DNA of 41,544 nucleotides from an uncultured Hyphomicrobiales bacterium (lineage in GTDB: Bacteria; Pseudomonadota; Alphaproteobacteria; Rhizobiales; JACESI01): assembly GCA_964553335.1 (NCBI GenBank), contig CAZKKW010000004.1, forward strand, positions 14,842-56,385, written 5' to 3'. Position 1 is the stretch's first letter. Each line of letters opens with the position of its first letter. The notes beneath the pieces were generated by a model that worked only from the letters and a program-made list of their open reading frames with translations, was not told where the DNA came from and ran no database searches. A program made the translations under genes and the position numbers. Shown piece by piece: positions 9,085-19,476 of the stretch.

Positions 9085-9166
9085 TGTGCTTCCCTCGAAC
9101 TTGAATTTTAACCGCTATAGCGAACAGGCTGAAATTAGGCAAGCGCTATGAGGCAACGTTTGGTGG

Positions 9167-10549
9167 TTATTCTGCAGCTTCTAGGGCTGGAAGAGAAACA
9201 CGGCTTAGGGCTGCGTCTTGTGATTTCTTCAAAACGTCAATGTCGAAGTTTTCAATTTGCTCATTAAACAACTCATAAAAATTCATTTTTGCCCGCATAT
9301 GCAAGAAAACGCCGCCAAGCCCGATAGCCGCACGATCCATGAATACAAACTCTTGCGGAATGGTCACTGGCCCATGTTCGCGCAGGGCTTTGTGAACGTT
9401 GAACGCTTCTTTGCGGCCATAATCTCCTGGTTTAATGCCGTCTGCAATTTCGCGTACGCGGTCATCAAGTAGCGGCCCGTAAATGAACTTCGCCCAAATG
9501 GTCATGGCATCGATTAATGGTCTGCTTAAACCCTTAAAGCCCCATTCTTCATAAGCATTAACAACGCGGGCTTCATCGCTGGTTCTAAGGCCGTGATAAA
9601 GATCTAGGACAGCAGCGGCAAAGCGGGGTTCGAAAATGCGGATACATCCAAAATCAAGCAGGTTGATGCCTGAAGGTTGTCCGTCTTCTTCAAATACGGT
9701 GTAGTTGCCAAGATGCGGGTCGCCATGGATGACGCCGATATTATAAAGCGGATACCACCACGCTTTGAACATGGCGGTACAAAGGCGATTTCTATCTTCT
9801 TGTGAATGCTCTTTGTAAGTGAGCATCTTGTTGCCTTGAAGCCATTCCATCGTTAGCAAGCGGTCTGATGAAAGTTCCGCATTATATGTTGGGACGCGGA
9901 CTAATTTTTCATCTGCGAGAATGTTGGCATACATCTGCATGTGTTTACCTTCACGCAGATATTGTAATTCTTCTCGAAGCCGCGCGCCGATTTCTTTGGC
10001 AATCTCGCTGGTATCAATGGCGCGTTCAACACGGCTAAAGAGGGAGAATATCAAGTGCAGTTGATTAAGGTCTGCTTCGACAGCACTCGCCATATCAGGA
10101 TATTGTAATTTGCAGGCAAGGGCTTTGCCATCAAGCGCTGTTGCTTTATGGACTTGGCCAAGTGAGGCGGCGGCTGACGGTTCTTTGTCAAAATGTTCAA
10201 ACTTTGATTGCCAACTCGCCCCAAGTTCAGAGCGCATGCGGCGTTTAACAAAGACCCAGCCCATTGGCGGTGCGTCAGATTGAAGCTGGCTTAGTTCAGC
10301 GGCATATTCTGCTGGCACGGCTTCAGGGATGGTGGCAATTAATTGCGCAACCTTCATAATTGGGCCTTTGAGATTGCCAAGGGCGCTCGCAAGTGCTGCA
10401 GCGTTTTTGTCGTCATCGACATTGAGGCCAAAGAAGCGTTTGCCTGCCATCTTTGCCGCAATCCCGCCTACGCCCGTACCCACTTTTGCATAGCGTGACA
10501 GGCGGCCTGACATTCTGTTGTCTTCAGATTTATAATCGCCTGTGGCCAT
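9167..10549 (-). CDS. ABC1/AarF/UbiB-family atypical kinase
   Basis: MKVAQ (KxGQ-like), AAASLGQVH, KLQYP, HGDPHLGN, LLDFG. Confidence 0.93.
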   Translation of the reverse strand: MATGDYKSEDNRMSGRLSRYAKVGTGVGGIAAKMAGKRFFGLNVDDDKNAAALASALGNLKGPIMKVAQLIATIPEAVPAEYAAELSQLQSDAPPMGWVFVKRRMRSELGASWQSKFEHFDKEPSAAASLGQVHKATALDGKALACKLQYPDMASAVEADLNQLHLIFSLFSRVERAIDTSEIAKEIGARLREELQYLREGKHMQMYANILADEKLVRVPTYNAELSSDRLLTMEWLQGNKMLTYKEHSQEDRNRLCTAMFKAWWYPLYNIGVIHGDPHLGNYTVFEEDGQPSGINLLDFGCIRIFEPRFAAAVLDLYHGLRTSDEARVVNAYEEWGFKGLSRPLIDAMTIWAKFIYGPLLDDRVREIADGIKPGDYGRKEAFNVHKALREHGPVTIPQEFVFMDRAAIGLGGVFLHMRAKMNFYELFNEQIENFDIDVLKKSQDAALSRVSLPALEAAE

Positions 10550-10641
10550 TTGGAAACTCGAAATAGCGTTTGTCTTACTTCTTTTTATATAGGTCTGCTC
10601 AGTTCGTACACCAACGCTTGTTCACAATAAAATGCAGGAAC

Positions 10642-11232
10642 TTATCTGCGTAAATCGTCGCAGAGTTTGGCAAGAACTGGATCTTCAATTCCTTCAGCTT
10701 CCAATTGATCAAAGGTGGAAAGCACATAGTCAATATTATTGCCGGAGCCACCCACACCTTGGCGCACGTAACGAACAAGCGCCTCATGGGAAAGGGTGCC
10801 AGCATATTGGTTGTGATCTTCAACGGCTGTGTAAAACAGTGCGTTTACCTGACGGGGGGACGCACCGTTAAGTGTAATCGGCCCTTGCGCTTCTTGATAA
10901 ACATTGGTGACGAGTTCACGCGCGCGCAACATTTCAACGGTTGCTGCTTGTGCATGAGGGGGGATTTTGAAGGCAACGCCCTGACAATGAATGTCGCCAA
11001 CGGCATCTCCGCGATGAAGGCCAAACACGAGGCCGGGGGTTTCTTGTGTGCCACGATGGACCCATGAATAAATGCAAAGGGCGCGACAATAGTTTGAAAG
11101 GACGGCAGGTTGGCGATCTGTGAACTCGAAATCGGGTTTCCACATCAAAGAACCGTAAGCAAAGACCCAAAAATCGTCACTATTATCATTGAAGAGTTCC
11201 GCATCGGGCAAAGTCGTCGTATAGAGTGTCAT
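10642..11232 (-). CDS. chaC: Glutathione-specific gamma-glutamylcyclotransferase
   Basis: WVFAYGSLMW, HRGT.E.PGLVFGL, LRARE, GxSGxNxDY. Confidence 0.9.
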   Translation of the reverse strand: MTLYTTTLPDAELFNDNSDDFWVFAYGSLMWKPDFEFTDRQPAVLSNYCRALCIYSWVHRGTQETPGLVFGLHRGDAVGDIHCQGVAFKIPPHAQAATVEMLRARELVTNVYQEAQGPITLNGASPRQVNALFYTAVEDHNQYAGTLSHEALVRYVRQGVGGSGNNIDYVLSTFDQLEAEGIEDPVLAKLCDDLRR

Positions 11233-11292
11233 GATGATGTCCTAGCAAGCGCCCATCTTGGGCACAAGAACGCTGTTTATAAAGATTGAAAG

Positions 11293-12324
11293 TTGTCAAT
11301 GAAAACTCGCTTTAAACTTCTTATTGCCGTCGTGTTGCTCGTTTCTATCGGTTGGGGCTTTGGTTGGAATTTCGTTTCTGCAAAGGCGCAAGAACAGCTT
11401 GATCAAGCATTGGCTCAGGTGAATACGGGCGACCGGAAACTTAGCTGTGAGAATCGCCGGTCTGGCGGATTTCCTTTTCGTCTTGTTGTTTCCTGTGATG
11501 AGACCGTTTTTGAACGTGGAGGGGAACTTGCTGTTAATTTTGCAGGGCTTGATGCACAGGCATTTGTTTATCGGCCGCTTCACCAAGTTTTGGATTTCAA
11601 ATCACCGGCACGCATTAAAACCAAGCAATTAGGTACTGTTGAGATCACGTGGAAAAAGGCGCGTCTTGGCTCCAAACTTCAAGGTAATGGTGTGAGTGCT
11701 GCAACGGCCCGTGTTGAAGATGCCAGAGCACGGCTTCTTAATGCGCCGCCAGAGGTTGCAGGGACGTCGCTTTTTGCAAAATCTGTATTGTTGAGCGCGA
11801 GGCGCACCACGCAGGACGAACAACCCGATTCCATCGTCCTTGGCACCATCACTCAAGCGGTTGAAATGCTGGGTTCGCAGTACAAGCTTCCGCCTGTGGA
11901 TATTGAAGGGTCTGTGGTTGCCCATGATATTGCACCCGCCTTTAGTGGCAAAGGTAAACCGCTGCATTTGTGGATACAAAAAGGGGGCGAGGCAGATATT
12001 CAGGGCATTAGCCTGTTGTCAGGCAATGCTGAGTTGTTTGCTAAAGGTTGGGTGAAGCTGGACTTGGATGGGTTTTTGAACGCTGATCTTGATGTCGATA
12101 GCGCCAACCTGAATGATTTCGTCGATGCGATGGGGCCAGAGCTTGTACAAATTCAATCTGTCGCGCGCGCTGTGATTGGGGCAATGGAAGGGTTTGGTAC
12201 GGATTCAACATTAAACGGCAAGCCCGCAAAACGGGTGCGTGTTGAAATCAGACGCGGTTTTGTCAAAATCGGCTTCATTCCACTTGGAACAATTCGCCAA
12301 TTTGATCTGTCGCGTTTTAGATAA
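11293..12324 (+). CDS. DUF2125 domain membrane-anchored protein
   Basis: N-terminal transmembrane helix with W residues, C..GGFPFRL..C, C-terminal GFIPLG; lies between chaC and tyrC. Confidence 0.8.
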   Translation: MSMKTRFKLLIAVVLLVSIGWGFGWNFVSAKAQEQLDQALAQVNTGDRKLSCENRRSGGFPFRLVVSCDETVFERGGELAVNFAGLDAQAFVYRPLHQVLDFKSPARIKTKQLGTVEITWKKARLGSKLQGNGVSAATARVEDARARLLNAPPEVAGTSLFAKSVLLSARRTTQDEQPDSIVLGTITQAVEMLGSQYKLPPVDIEGSVVAHDIAPAFSGKGKPLHLWIQKGGEADIQGISLLSGNAELFAKGWVKLDLDGFLNADLDVDSANLNDFVDAMGPELVQIQSVARAVIGAMEGFGTDSTLNGKPAKRVRVEIRRGFVKIGFIPLGTIRQFDLSRFR

Positions 12325-12340
12325 AGCGTAAACCTCGACC

Positions 12341-13285
12341 CTAGTCGTCTTCACCGTCGTTGCGGCCAAAGTTTGCTTCTGCGACATCTTGGCCCGCGTC
12401 GATGATGGACCGCCTGATTTCGCGGGTGCGGGAGAAGAGATCAAACAACTTGTCGCCCTCGCCATATCTGATCATGCGTTGCAGGGATGATAAGTCTTCA
12501 GAAAACCGCGATAGCATTTCAAGCAATGCTTCTTTGTTGTGAAGACAAACATCACGCCACATGGTGGGGTCTGATGCGGCGATGCGGGTGAAATCGCGAA
12601 AACCTGCAGCTGAATATTTGATGACTTCTGATTTCGTCACCTGCTCAAGATCGTCTGCTGTGCCAACAATGTTGTAGGCAATAAGGTGAGGTAGGTGTGA
12701 TGTGGTGGCGAGCACCAAATCATGATGGGTTGGATCCATACACTCAACGTTTGAGCCAAGCGCTTCCCAAAACTCGGTGAGTTTTGCGGTCGCGGCTTTA
12801 TCATCATTGTTTTGTGGCGTCAGGATGCACCAGCGATCTTCAAAAAGACTTGAAAAGCCTGCTGACGGACCAGAATATTCTGTACCCGCGATTGGATGAC
12901 CTGGAATGAAATGCACATGGTCTGGAAGGTGTGGCGCCATTTGATCGACAACCGATTGCTTGACCGAACCAACATCACTGACAATTGCACCGTCGCTCAA
13001 GTGTAGGGCGATGGATTTTGCAACAGCTTCAGACGCGCCAACAGGCACGCAAACAATCACGAGGTCAGCATCTTTTACGGCTTCTGCCGCATCAAGTGTA
13101 TATTGATCACCGAGCGAGAGGTTTTGTGCCTCTGCCAATGTTTCTTCGCGACGTGTGGTGATGCTGATTGTTTCAACTAAATTCGCACGCTTTGCGGCAT
13201 GGGCAATCGAGGAGCCAATCAACCCGATACCAATCAGGGTGAGTTTTTTGAAAAGTGGTTTTGAGCGTGGGGTGATTTTCGGCAT
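12341..13285 (-). CDS. tyrC: Prephenate/arogenate (cyclohexadienyl) dehydrogenase
   Basis: IGIGLIGSS, DVGSVK, HPIAGTE.SG, SHLPH, GFRDFTRIA; 1-nt overlap with the hisC stop. Confidence 0.93.
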   Translation of the reverse strand: MPKITPRSKPLFKKLTLIGIGLIGSSIAHAAKRANLVETISITTRREETLAEAQNLSLGDQYTLDAAEAVKDADLVIVCVPVGASEAVAKSIALHLSDGAIVSDVGSVKQSVVDQMAPHLPDHVHFIPGHPIAGTEYSGPSAGFSSLFEDRWCILTPQNNDDKAATAKLTEFWEALGSNVECMDPTHHDLVLATTSHLPHLIAYNIVGTADDLEQVTKSEVIKYSAAGFRDFTRIAASDPTMWRDVCLHNKEALLEMLSRFSEDLSSLQRMIRYGEGDKLFDLFSRTREIRRSIIDAGQDVAEANFGRNDGEDD

Positions 13286-14427
13286 TATAAAACTGGTGCT
13301 TCAACACCCATAAAGTCTGCAAGATGGGAAACCACATCGCGGTTTGCTTGTTCTGTTCCAACGGTCATGCGTAGGCCATTGGGAAAACCATAGCCTGTAA
13401 CACGGCGCAAGATACACCCGCGATCAAGCAAATAGGCATCGGCTGCCTCCGCTGATTTTTCACCGTCAGGGAAATGCATCAAGATGAAATTGCCAACACT
13501 CGGCGTTACTTTAAGGCCGATTTTTTCTAAGCCATCAGTTAGCCGAGGCAGCCATTCTTCGTTGTGGATTACGGCAGAGGCCACAAAATCGCGGTCTTTG
13601 ATTGCGGCAATGCCAGCACTGATCGCTGCACCATTCACATTAAACGGCCCGCGAATACGGTTGAGCGCATCCAGCATATGGTCTGGTCCATAAGCCCAAC
13701 CAAGGCGCAAGAAGGCGAGGCCGTGCACTTTGGAAAACGTGCGGGTCATGATGACATTCTCGCTGTTTGAAACAAGTTCAATGCCTGCTTCATAATCATT
13801 GCGACGCACATATTCAGCGTAAGCTGCATCCAGCACCAAAATAACATGCGGCGGTAGTCCTGCGTGCAGGCGTCTTACTTCATCAAATGGCAAATAGGTG
13901 CCTGTTGGATTGTTCGGATTGGCCAAAAAGACGATTTTGGTCTTCTCGCTCAAACAGGCAAGGATTGCGTCGACATTGGCACAGGCATCGGTTTCTTTTG
14001 CCACAACAGGCAATGCGCCAGCCGCACGAATGGCAATATCATAAACCAAGAAGCCATGTTCTGTATGGATTGCCTCATCACCATCAGACAAATAGGCGTA
14101 TGAAATGAGGCTTAAAATCTCGTCAGACCCTGTGCCGCAAATAATTTGGTCGCCGTGAAGGCCATAAGTTGAGGCAATGGCTTCACGCAGCGCGGTTGAT
14201 GCACCGTCTGGGTAAAGCTCAAGCGCTGCGCCCGATTGTTTATAAGCTTCTATCGCCTTCGGGCTTGGACCAAGCGGCGTTTCATTGGATGAGAGCTTGT
14301 GCAAGGTCGCAACATCGCCGGATGCTTTCGTTTTACCCGGTATATAAGGTGCAATATCCATCACTCCCGCTCTTGGTTGAGGGCGGGTGGCTTTGGTTGA
14401 TGTTGAATTATTGGCTTGTGTCGTCAT
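13285..14427 (-). CDS. hisC: Histidinol-phosphate aminotransferase
   Basis: [37 protein letters not shown]. Start uncertain (14427 or 14469). Confidence 0.93.
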   Translation of the reverse strand: MTTQANNSTSTKATRPQPRAGVMDIAPYIPGKTKASGDVATLHKLSSNETPLGPSPKAIEAYKQSGAALELYPDGASTALREAIASTYGLHGDQIICGTGSDEILSLISYAYLSDGDEAIHTEHGFLVYDIAIRAAGALPVVAKETDACANVDAILACLSEKTKIVFLANPNNPTGTYLPFDEVRRLHAGLPPHVILVLDAAYAEYVRRNDYEAGIELVSNSENVIMTRTFSKVHGLAFLRLGWAYGPDHMLDALNRIRGPFNVNGAAISAGIAAIKDRDFVASAVIHNEEWLPRLTDGLEKIGLKVTPSVGNFILMHFPDGEKSAEAADAYLLDRGCILRRVTGYGFPNGLRMTVGTEQANRDVVSHLADFMGVEAPVL

Positions 14428-14550
14428 AACGGGTTGCTGCACAATTTGTTGTTTGGGCGATTTTGCCATGAAAAAACCATGTCAAAACGCTGAAATAGAG
14501 GTTCAGGCCGCTATTCATAATCAAGGACTTGAATAAGCGCAAAAGAAAAG

Positions 14551-14590
14551 TGCGTCGTTTCAACGTTGAAACTAGACGCAAATGTTGACA
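14551..14590. promoter_or_regulatory. Palindrome and TTGACA -35 element in the hisC/metX divergent region
   Basis: Perfect 16-bp palindrome GTTTCAACGTTGAAAC (14557-14572) flanked by TGCGTC/GACGCA; TTGACA at 14585-14590. Confidence 0.5.
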
Positions 14591-14633
14591 TAAGGGCTCT
14601 TCTAACAGCCTGCATTTGCAAACGGAACTATAA

Positions 14634-15824
14634 ATGGGACGCGAAAAGCTGCCACTTACCAATGACAATGCCGAGACGGTGCGTGAACTTGCGCTTCGTG
14701 AAGCGCGCACGCCTTCCAGTCAATCTGTCCATATTAAAAAGGGGTTGCGGCTTGATTGCGGGGCGATGCTGCCCGAAGTGGTGGTGGCCTATGAGCAATA
14801 TGGTGAACTGAATGAAGAGCGCACAAATGCAATCTTAGTGTGTCAGGCACTGACAGGTGATCAATATGCGGCGTCACAACACCCAGTGACCGGCAAGCCG
14901 GGTTGGTGGCTCACGATGATTGGCCCGGGCAAAGCGCTTGATACAGACCGCTACTGCGTGATTTGTCCGAATGTTTTGGGGTCATGTCTTGGTTCGACAG
15001 GACCGTTGTCGATTAATCCTGACACGGGCCGCGCTTATGGGCTGGACTTACCCGTGATTACCATTCGCGATATGGTCAATGCGCAAAAGCTTCTGGTTGA
15101 AGAACTTGGCATTGATACGCTATTTGCTGTCGTCGGTGGTTCAATGGGTGGCATGCAAGTGCTGCAATGGGCGGCGAGTTATCCTGATCAAGTTTTCGCG
15201 GCAGTGCCTATTGCAACGGGTGCCCGTCATAGCCCGCAAAATATCGCGTTTCATGAAGTAGGGCGACAAGCGATTATGGCAGACCCTAATTGGTCAGGCG
15301 GTAATTATACTGATCATGGGCTTGTTCCTTCAAAAGGGCTTGGCGTTGCCCGAATGGCAGCGCACATTACTTATTTGTCTGAAGAAGGCTTGCAACGAAA
15401 GTTTGGGCGTAATCTTCAAGATAAGGAAGAGGTTGGTTTTACCTTCGGGACAGATTTCCAGATTGAGAGCTACCTCCAGCACCAAGGTCTGACATTTGTT
15501 GATCGCTTTGATGCAAACTCTTATCTTTATGTCACCCGCGCAATGGATTATTTCGACCTAGCGTCAGATTATGACGGTGTGCTTGGCAAGGCATTTATGG
15601 GCACGAAAACGCGGTTTTGTTTGGTGTCCTTCTCATCAGACTGGCTGTTTCCAACAGAAGAAAGCCGTTCTGTGGTTCACGCTTTGAATGCGGCGGGAGC
15701 AGGCGTTTCCTTTGTGGAAATTCAAACCGACAAAGGCCACGATAGTTTCTTGCTTGATATGCCTGAAATGTTTGAAACCGTTGATGGCTTTTTGCAGTCT
15801 GCTGCTCGTGCGCGTGGAATTTAG
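14634..15824 (+). CDS. metX: Homoserine O-acetyltransferase
   Basis: [20 protein letters not shown] nucleophile elbow, RFDANSY, GHDSFLL. Confidence 0.95.
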   Translation: MGREKLPLTNDNAETVRELALREARTPSSQSVHIKKGLRLDCGAMLPEVVVAYEQYGELNEERTNAILVCQALTGDQYAASQHPVTGKPGWWLTMIGPGKALDTDRYCVICPNVLGSCLGSTGPLSINPDTGRAYGLDLPVITIRDMVNAQKLLVEELGIDTLFAVVGGSMGGMQVLQWAASYPDQVFAAVPIATGARHSPQNIAFHEVGRQAIMADPNWSGGNYTDHGLVPSKGLGVARMAAHITYLSEEGLQRKFGRNLQDKEEVGFTFGTDFQIESYLQHQGLTFVDRFDANSYLYVTRAMDYFDLASDYDGVLGKAFMGTKTRFCLVSFSSDWLFPTEESRSVVHALNAAGAGVSFVEIQTDKGHDSFLLDMPEMFETVDGFLQSAARARGI

Positions 15825-15832
15825 AGGCCGAA

Positions 15833-16462
15833 ATGATGGATCAAGTAACACAACCTATCACCCATGTGCGTCGCTCTGATTTTGATGTCATTGTTGATCT
15901 AATTGACCCAGGCTCACGCGTGCTGGATATCGGCTGCGGCGATGGCACGCTTCTTCGCATGTTAGTGGCGCAAAAAAATGTCGATGCACGCGGCATTGAG
16001 ATTAGCCATGCGGGTGTGACCCAGTGTCTTGAAAAAGGTTTGTCTGTTATTCAAGGCAATGCGGATTCTGATCTTGATCCCTATCCTGATAAGTCTTTTG
16101 ACTTTGCGATTTTGAGCCAGACCATACAAGCGGTTGAAAACCCCAAGGCTGTGCTGCAACAATTGGTGCGTATCGGCAAAAAGGCTGTGGTCTCGTTTCC
16201 CAATTTTGGCCATTGGCATATTCGTTGGCAGGTCGGCGTTGAGGGTCGTATGCCCATGAGCGAGCACTTGCCGGAAAAATGGTACGAGACGCAGAATATC
16301 CATTTTTGCACGATCAGAGATTTTCGTGATTTGCTGGAAGAACTGGACCTTAAAACCGAGAGCCATCACGCCCTTCGCTCTGATGGAAAGCCGATTGCCT
16401 TCCGTCATCCTTGGCTTTGGAATATGTTTGCGCGCGAAGCGATTTTCGTGATCTCTGAATAA
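15833..16462 (+). CDS. metW: Methionine biosynthesis protein MetW
   Basis: VLDIGCGDG SAM-binding motif, LSQTIQ, SFPNFGHW, NIHFCTI.DF; follows metX. Confidence 0.95.
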   Translation: MMDQVTQPITHVRRSDFDVIVDLIDPGSRVLDIGCGDGTLLRMLVAQKNVDARGIEISHAGVTQCLEKGLSVIQGNADSDLDPYPDKSFDFAILSQTIQAVENPKAVLQQLVRIGKKAVVSFPNFGHWHIRWQVGVEGRMPMSEHLPEKWYETQNIHFCTIRDFRDLLEELDLKTESHHALRSDGKPIAFRHPWLWNMFAREAIFVISE

Positions 16463-16480
16463 GTTGAATTCAAGCGCTCG

Positions 16481-17329
16481 CTAGGCGTGATGGTTGTAGA
16501 GGACGGTGTGCTCTTTTAAGGCCACGCCTTTTGCTTTTTGTTCGGGTATTGCAAAGGTCTGTTGTGATGGATAAATGCCGCTTTCTATTGAGGCAGCATA
16601 GTCATCCAAGCCGTATTTCAACATGGTCTTAATGGCGCTCATGTGATCATAGGTAAAACTCTTATGAGAGAAGCTAATTCCCTGATCCGTTGCCTCAATC
16701 AGTGAGTGCCAAACCCGCGGTGTGCCATCATTGGCGGGCATGCCGACCACCCCCGCATTGTGCCAAATACAGTCATCAACCTGTTCAGTGAATGGTAAGC
16801 CGCTGTGTCCTGAAATGATGATGTCTGCCTCTGTGTTTAAAAGATCACGACGCTTTATCGCGGGGTCTGTGGATGGGAAAATGAACTCGTTGATTTGCTT
16901 GTCCGATCCATGCAGGACATGCACTTTTTTGCCGGCGAAATTAAATGTCAGGCGATGGGGCAGGTTACCCATCCAGTCTTTGTTCTCGTTGCTTGTTGCA
17001 ATTTTTGAATGCGCGTACCAGCTTACTGAAAGTTTGGAGCATTCATTTTCACCATCAAATCCGCAGCCGCAGTCTTCACGGTCTGCTGCGAGGCTTTCTT
17101 CGCAATTTCCTTGCACGACATGAATGCCAGATTGCCTAATCAGCGTGCTGGTTTCTTCTGGGTTGCCGCAATAAGCGGTTACATCACCGGTGCAAATAAT
17201 CCTCTCGGCTGGAATGCCAAGTTTTTGCGCCTCATCCAACGCGGTACGGGTTGCCTCAAAATTGCTATAGGGACCGCCGAAAACAAACAGAGGGCCTGAT
17301 AAGTTGCCGAGGTCTTTTACTATGGACAT
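16481..17329 (-). CDS. Calcineurin-like metallophosphoesterase family protein with variant motifs
   Basis: Motif order FGGPYSN / CTGD / GNCEE / LHGS / GHSG / NAG plus a CGCGF..C insert; overlaps the upstream gene by 10 nt. Confidence 0.8.
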   Translation of the reverse strand: MSIVKDLGNLSGPLFVFGGPYSNFEATRTALDEAQKLGIPAERIICTGDVTAYCGNPEETSTLIRQSGIHVVQGNCEESLAADREDCGCGFDGENECSKLSVSWYAHSKIATSNENKDWMGNLPHRLTFNFAGKKVHVLHGSDKQINEFIFPSTDPAIKRRDLLNTEADIIISGHSGLPFTEQVDDCIWHNAGVVGMPANDGTPRVWHSLIEATDQGISFSHKSFTYDHMSAIKTMLKYGLDDYAASIESGIYPSQQTFAIPEQKAKGVALKEHTVLYNHHA

Positions 17330-18084
17330 GGGTTGCTTTTTCTTTGGGATGGGGAGGGGCTTGGTTGTGGGGACGGAATGAGCACAGGCTTGAACGCGGG
17401 TTTAAAGGCTCTTTGCTTTTTTGCGGGGATGCCTTGATACATTTCTTTCGTGGCTTCCATCAAAAACGCGCCCGAAAGCCGCGTCCAAAACCGCGCACCA
17501 CCATTTTCCATCCATTTTCTGGTTAAAAATGATCGCCGTTCAATCGGTGGTGTGTGAAGGGCGCTGACCCAGCCGACAGGTGAGAACATCGCGTCACGCA
17601 AAAGGTGGGTTAGTTGTCCGCGACTGAAAGGACGGCCATAGCCAAAGGGTGTGTTTTCCATTCTCGCCCATAACCCCGTTCGGTTCGGCACGATAATGAG
17701 GAGGCGTCCACCCGGTGATAAAATGCGCCAAACTTCAGATAAAAGCTCGCGCGGATTGTCGGTCATTTCAAGAGAATGAGTGAGCAGAACGCGATCAACG
17801 GCTGCATCTGCAAGAGGTAGCATATCATCGGTTACAAGACTGGTGATCGATGGTCCATCTGCCGGCCAGCGGAATACGCCTTGTTGTGCGGGCATGAAGG
17901 CAATGACACGTTCTGCCTCTTGCATGAAGGGGCGTAAAAACGGTGTTGGATACCCCAAGCCCAAAACGCGCTCACCTTTTACTGTTGGCCAGACGTGACT
18001 AATTTGTTCCCGCAATTTTGTGCGCGTTTGACGCCCAAGCTGCGAACTATAAAAATTTCGAAGATCAATTGCGTCAAGATACAT
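17320..18084 (-). CDS. Class I SAM-dependent methyltransferase (YafS-like)
   Basis: FY.S.LG, LPLAD..VD..L.HSLE, WRILSPGGRL, PFGYGRPF; divergent from gloB as is typical. Confidence 0.88.
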   Translation of the reverse strand: MYLDAIDLRNFYSSQLGRQTRTKLREQISHVWPTVKGERVLGLGYPTPFLRPFMQEAERVIAFMPAQQGVFRWPADGPSITSLVTDDMLPLADAAVDRVLLTHSLEMTDNPRELLSEVWRILSPGGRLLIIVPNRTGLWARMENTPFGYGRPFSRGQLTHLLRDAMFSPVGWVSALHTPPIERRSFLTRKWMENGGARFWTRLSGAFLMEATKEMYQGIPAKKQRAFKPAFKPVLIPSPQPSPSPSQRKSNPCP

Positions 18085-18252
18085 TGAGCAGAGGGTTCCA
18101 AACTGGGTTTTGACAGGCTTTGGCGGGTTGAAACGCTTGGTTCAATATTTGTTGTTTATGAAGCCTTTTGCAAGGGGGATGTAAGAGTTGACCTTAATGC
18201 GTAAAGTCCCATACTTGTCATCAAAGATCATCCAACCAAAGTGAAACGTATT

Positions 18253-19023
18253 ATGGCTTCTCTTGAAATTCATCAATTCCCTTGCCGATCAGATAATTTT
18301 GGCGTGCTTATCCATGACGCAGAGGCGGGTGTTACGGCCTCAATTGACGCACCTGAAGGGGCAGCTGTTGAGCGCGCGCTTGCTGATACAGGTTGGACGC
18401 TGACACATATCATCACGACCCACCATCATGGCGACCATGTGGAAGGGAATTTGATGTTGAAGGAAAAATATAACGTCCAAATTATTGGTCCAGAGGCTGA
18501 AGCGTCAAAAATTCCGGGCATTGATGTAACAGTGCGCGAGGGGGATAGCTTCAAATTTGGGTCCTTCAATGTTGAGGTGATTGAAACACCAGGGCACACG
18601 CTCGGTCAGGTCAATTACTTTTTGCCAGAAGCGAAGGTGGCTTTTACAGGTGACACGTTGTTTGCGCTTGGATGCGGCCGTCTTTTTGAAGGCACACCGG
18701 CCCAAATGTGGGGCTCGATGGTGAAGCTAAAGAAATTGCCGGAGGACACCACGGTTTACTGTGGCCATGAATATACGTTGGCCAATGCGAAATTTGCTTT
18801 GACTGTGGACCCTAATAATCCAGCGCTTGTTGAACGTGTGGCTGAGATTGAGGCTTTGCGAGCACAAGACAAGCCAACTTTGCCAACAACCATGGCACTT
18901 GAACTTGCAACAAACCCATTTTTGCGCCCTGACGATGCGGCGATTAGAGCGCATCTTGATATGGAAGACGCCAGTGACGAAGCAGTGTTCACTGAAATTC
19001 GCCACCGCAAGGATGTGTCTTGA
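18253..19023 (+). CDS. gloB: Hydroxyacylglutathione hydrolase (glyoxalase II)
   Basis: THHHGDH, TPGHT, FTGDTLF..GCGR, CGHEYT, TNPFLR. Confidence 0.96.
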   Translation: MASLEIHQFPCRSDNFGVLIHDAEAGVTASIDAPEGAAVERALADTGWTLTHIITTHHHGDHVEGNLMLKEKYNVQIIGPEAEASKIPGIDVTVREGDSFKFGSFNVEVIETPGHTLGQVNYFLPEAKVAFTGDTLFALGCGRLFEGTPAQMWGSMVKLKKLPEDTTVYCGHEYTLANAKFALTVDPNNPALVERVAEIEALRAQDKPTLPTTMALELATNPFLRPDDAAIRAHLDMEDASDEAVFTEIRHRKDVS

Positions 19024-19475
19024 TGCTGGGTGTTTCAACAGAAACTCAATCTGCAAAAGACATCATTCAAACATTAGGGCTAAAGCCTCACCCTGAAGGT
19101 GGCTATTACACCGAGACTTACCGCGATGAAGCGGGCGGTGAACGCGGACACTCGACGGCTATTTATTACCTTTTAGAAGTGGATGATTGTTCACAGTGGC
19201 ACCGTGTGACGGATGCTGTTGAGGTTTGGCATTATTATGCGGGTGCGCCGCTTGCTCTCACGTTGTCGAGGGATGGTAAGAGTGCTGAAGCACATCGCTT
19301 GGGTCCGAACATTGATTTTGGTGAGCGCCCGCAAGTGGTTGTTCCTGCCAATTGGTGGCAAACAGCTGAAAGCTTGGGCGAGTGGACATTGGTTGGCTGC
19401 ACTGTCGCGCCCGGATTTGAGTTTTCAAGTTTTGAAATGGCGCCAAAAGATTGGCGACCTCAACTTCAACGCTAG
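19023..19475 (+). CDS. Cupin_5 (DUF985) family protein
   Basis: L.PHPEGGYY, TAIYYLL, WHR...E.WHYY.G, LVGCTVAPGFEF; TGATG overlap with gloB. Confidence 0.9.
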   Translation: MLGVSTETQSAKDIIQTLGLKPHPEGGYYTETYRDEAGGERGHSTAIYYLLEVDDCSQWHRVTDAVEVWHYYAGAPLALTLSRDGKSAEAHRLGPNIDFGERPQVVVPANWWQTAESLGEWTLVGCTVAPGFEFSSFEMAPKDWRPQLQR

Positions 19476-19476
19476 T

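Noticed and set aside
8871-9104. 77-aa plus-strand ORF
   Set aside because: Runs through a terminator and is antisense to the better-supported ctaH ORF
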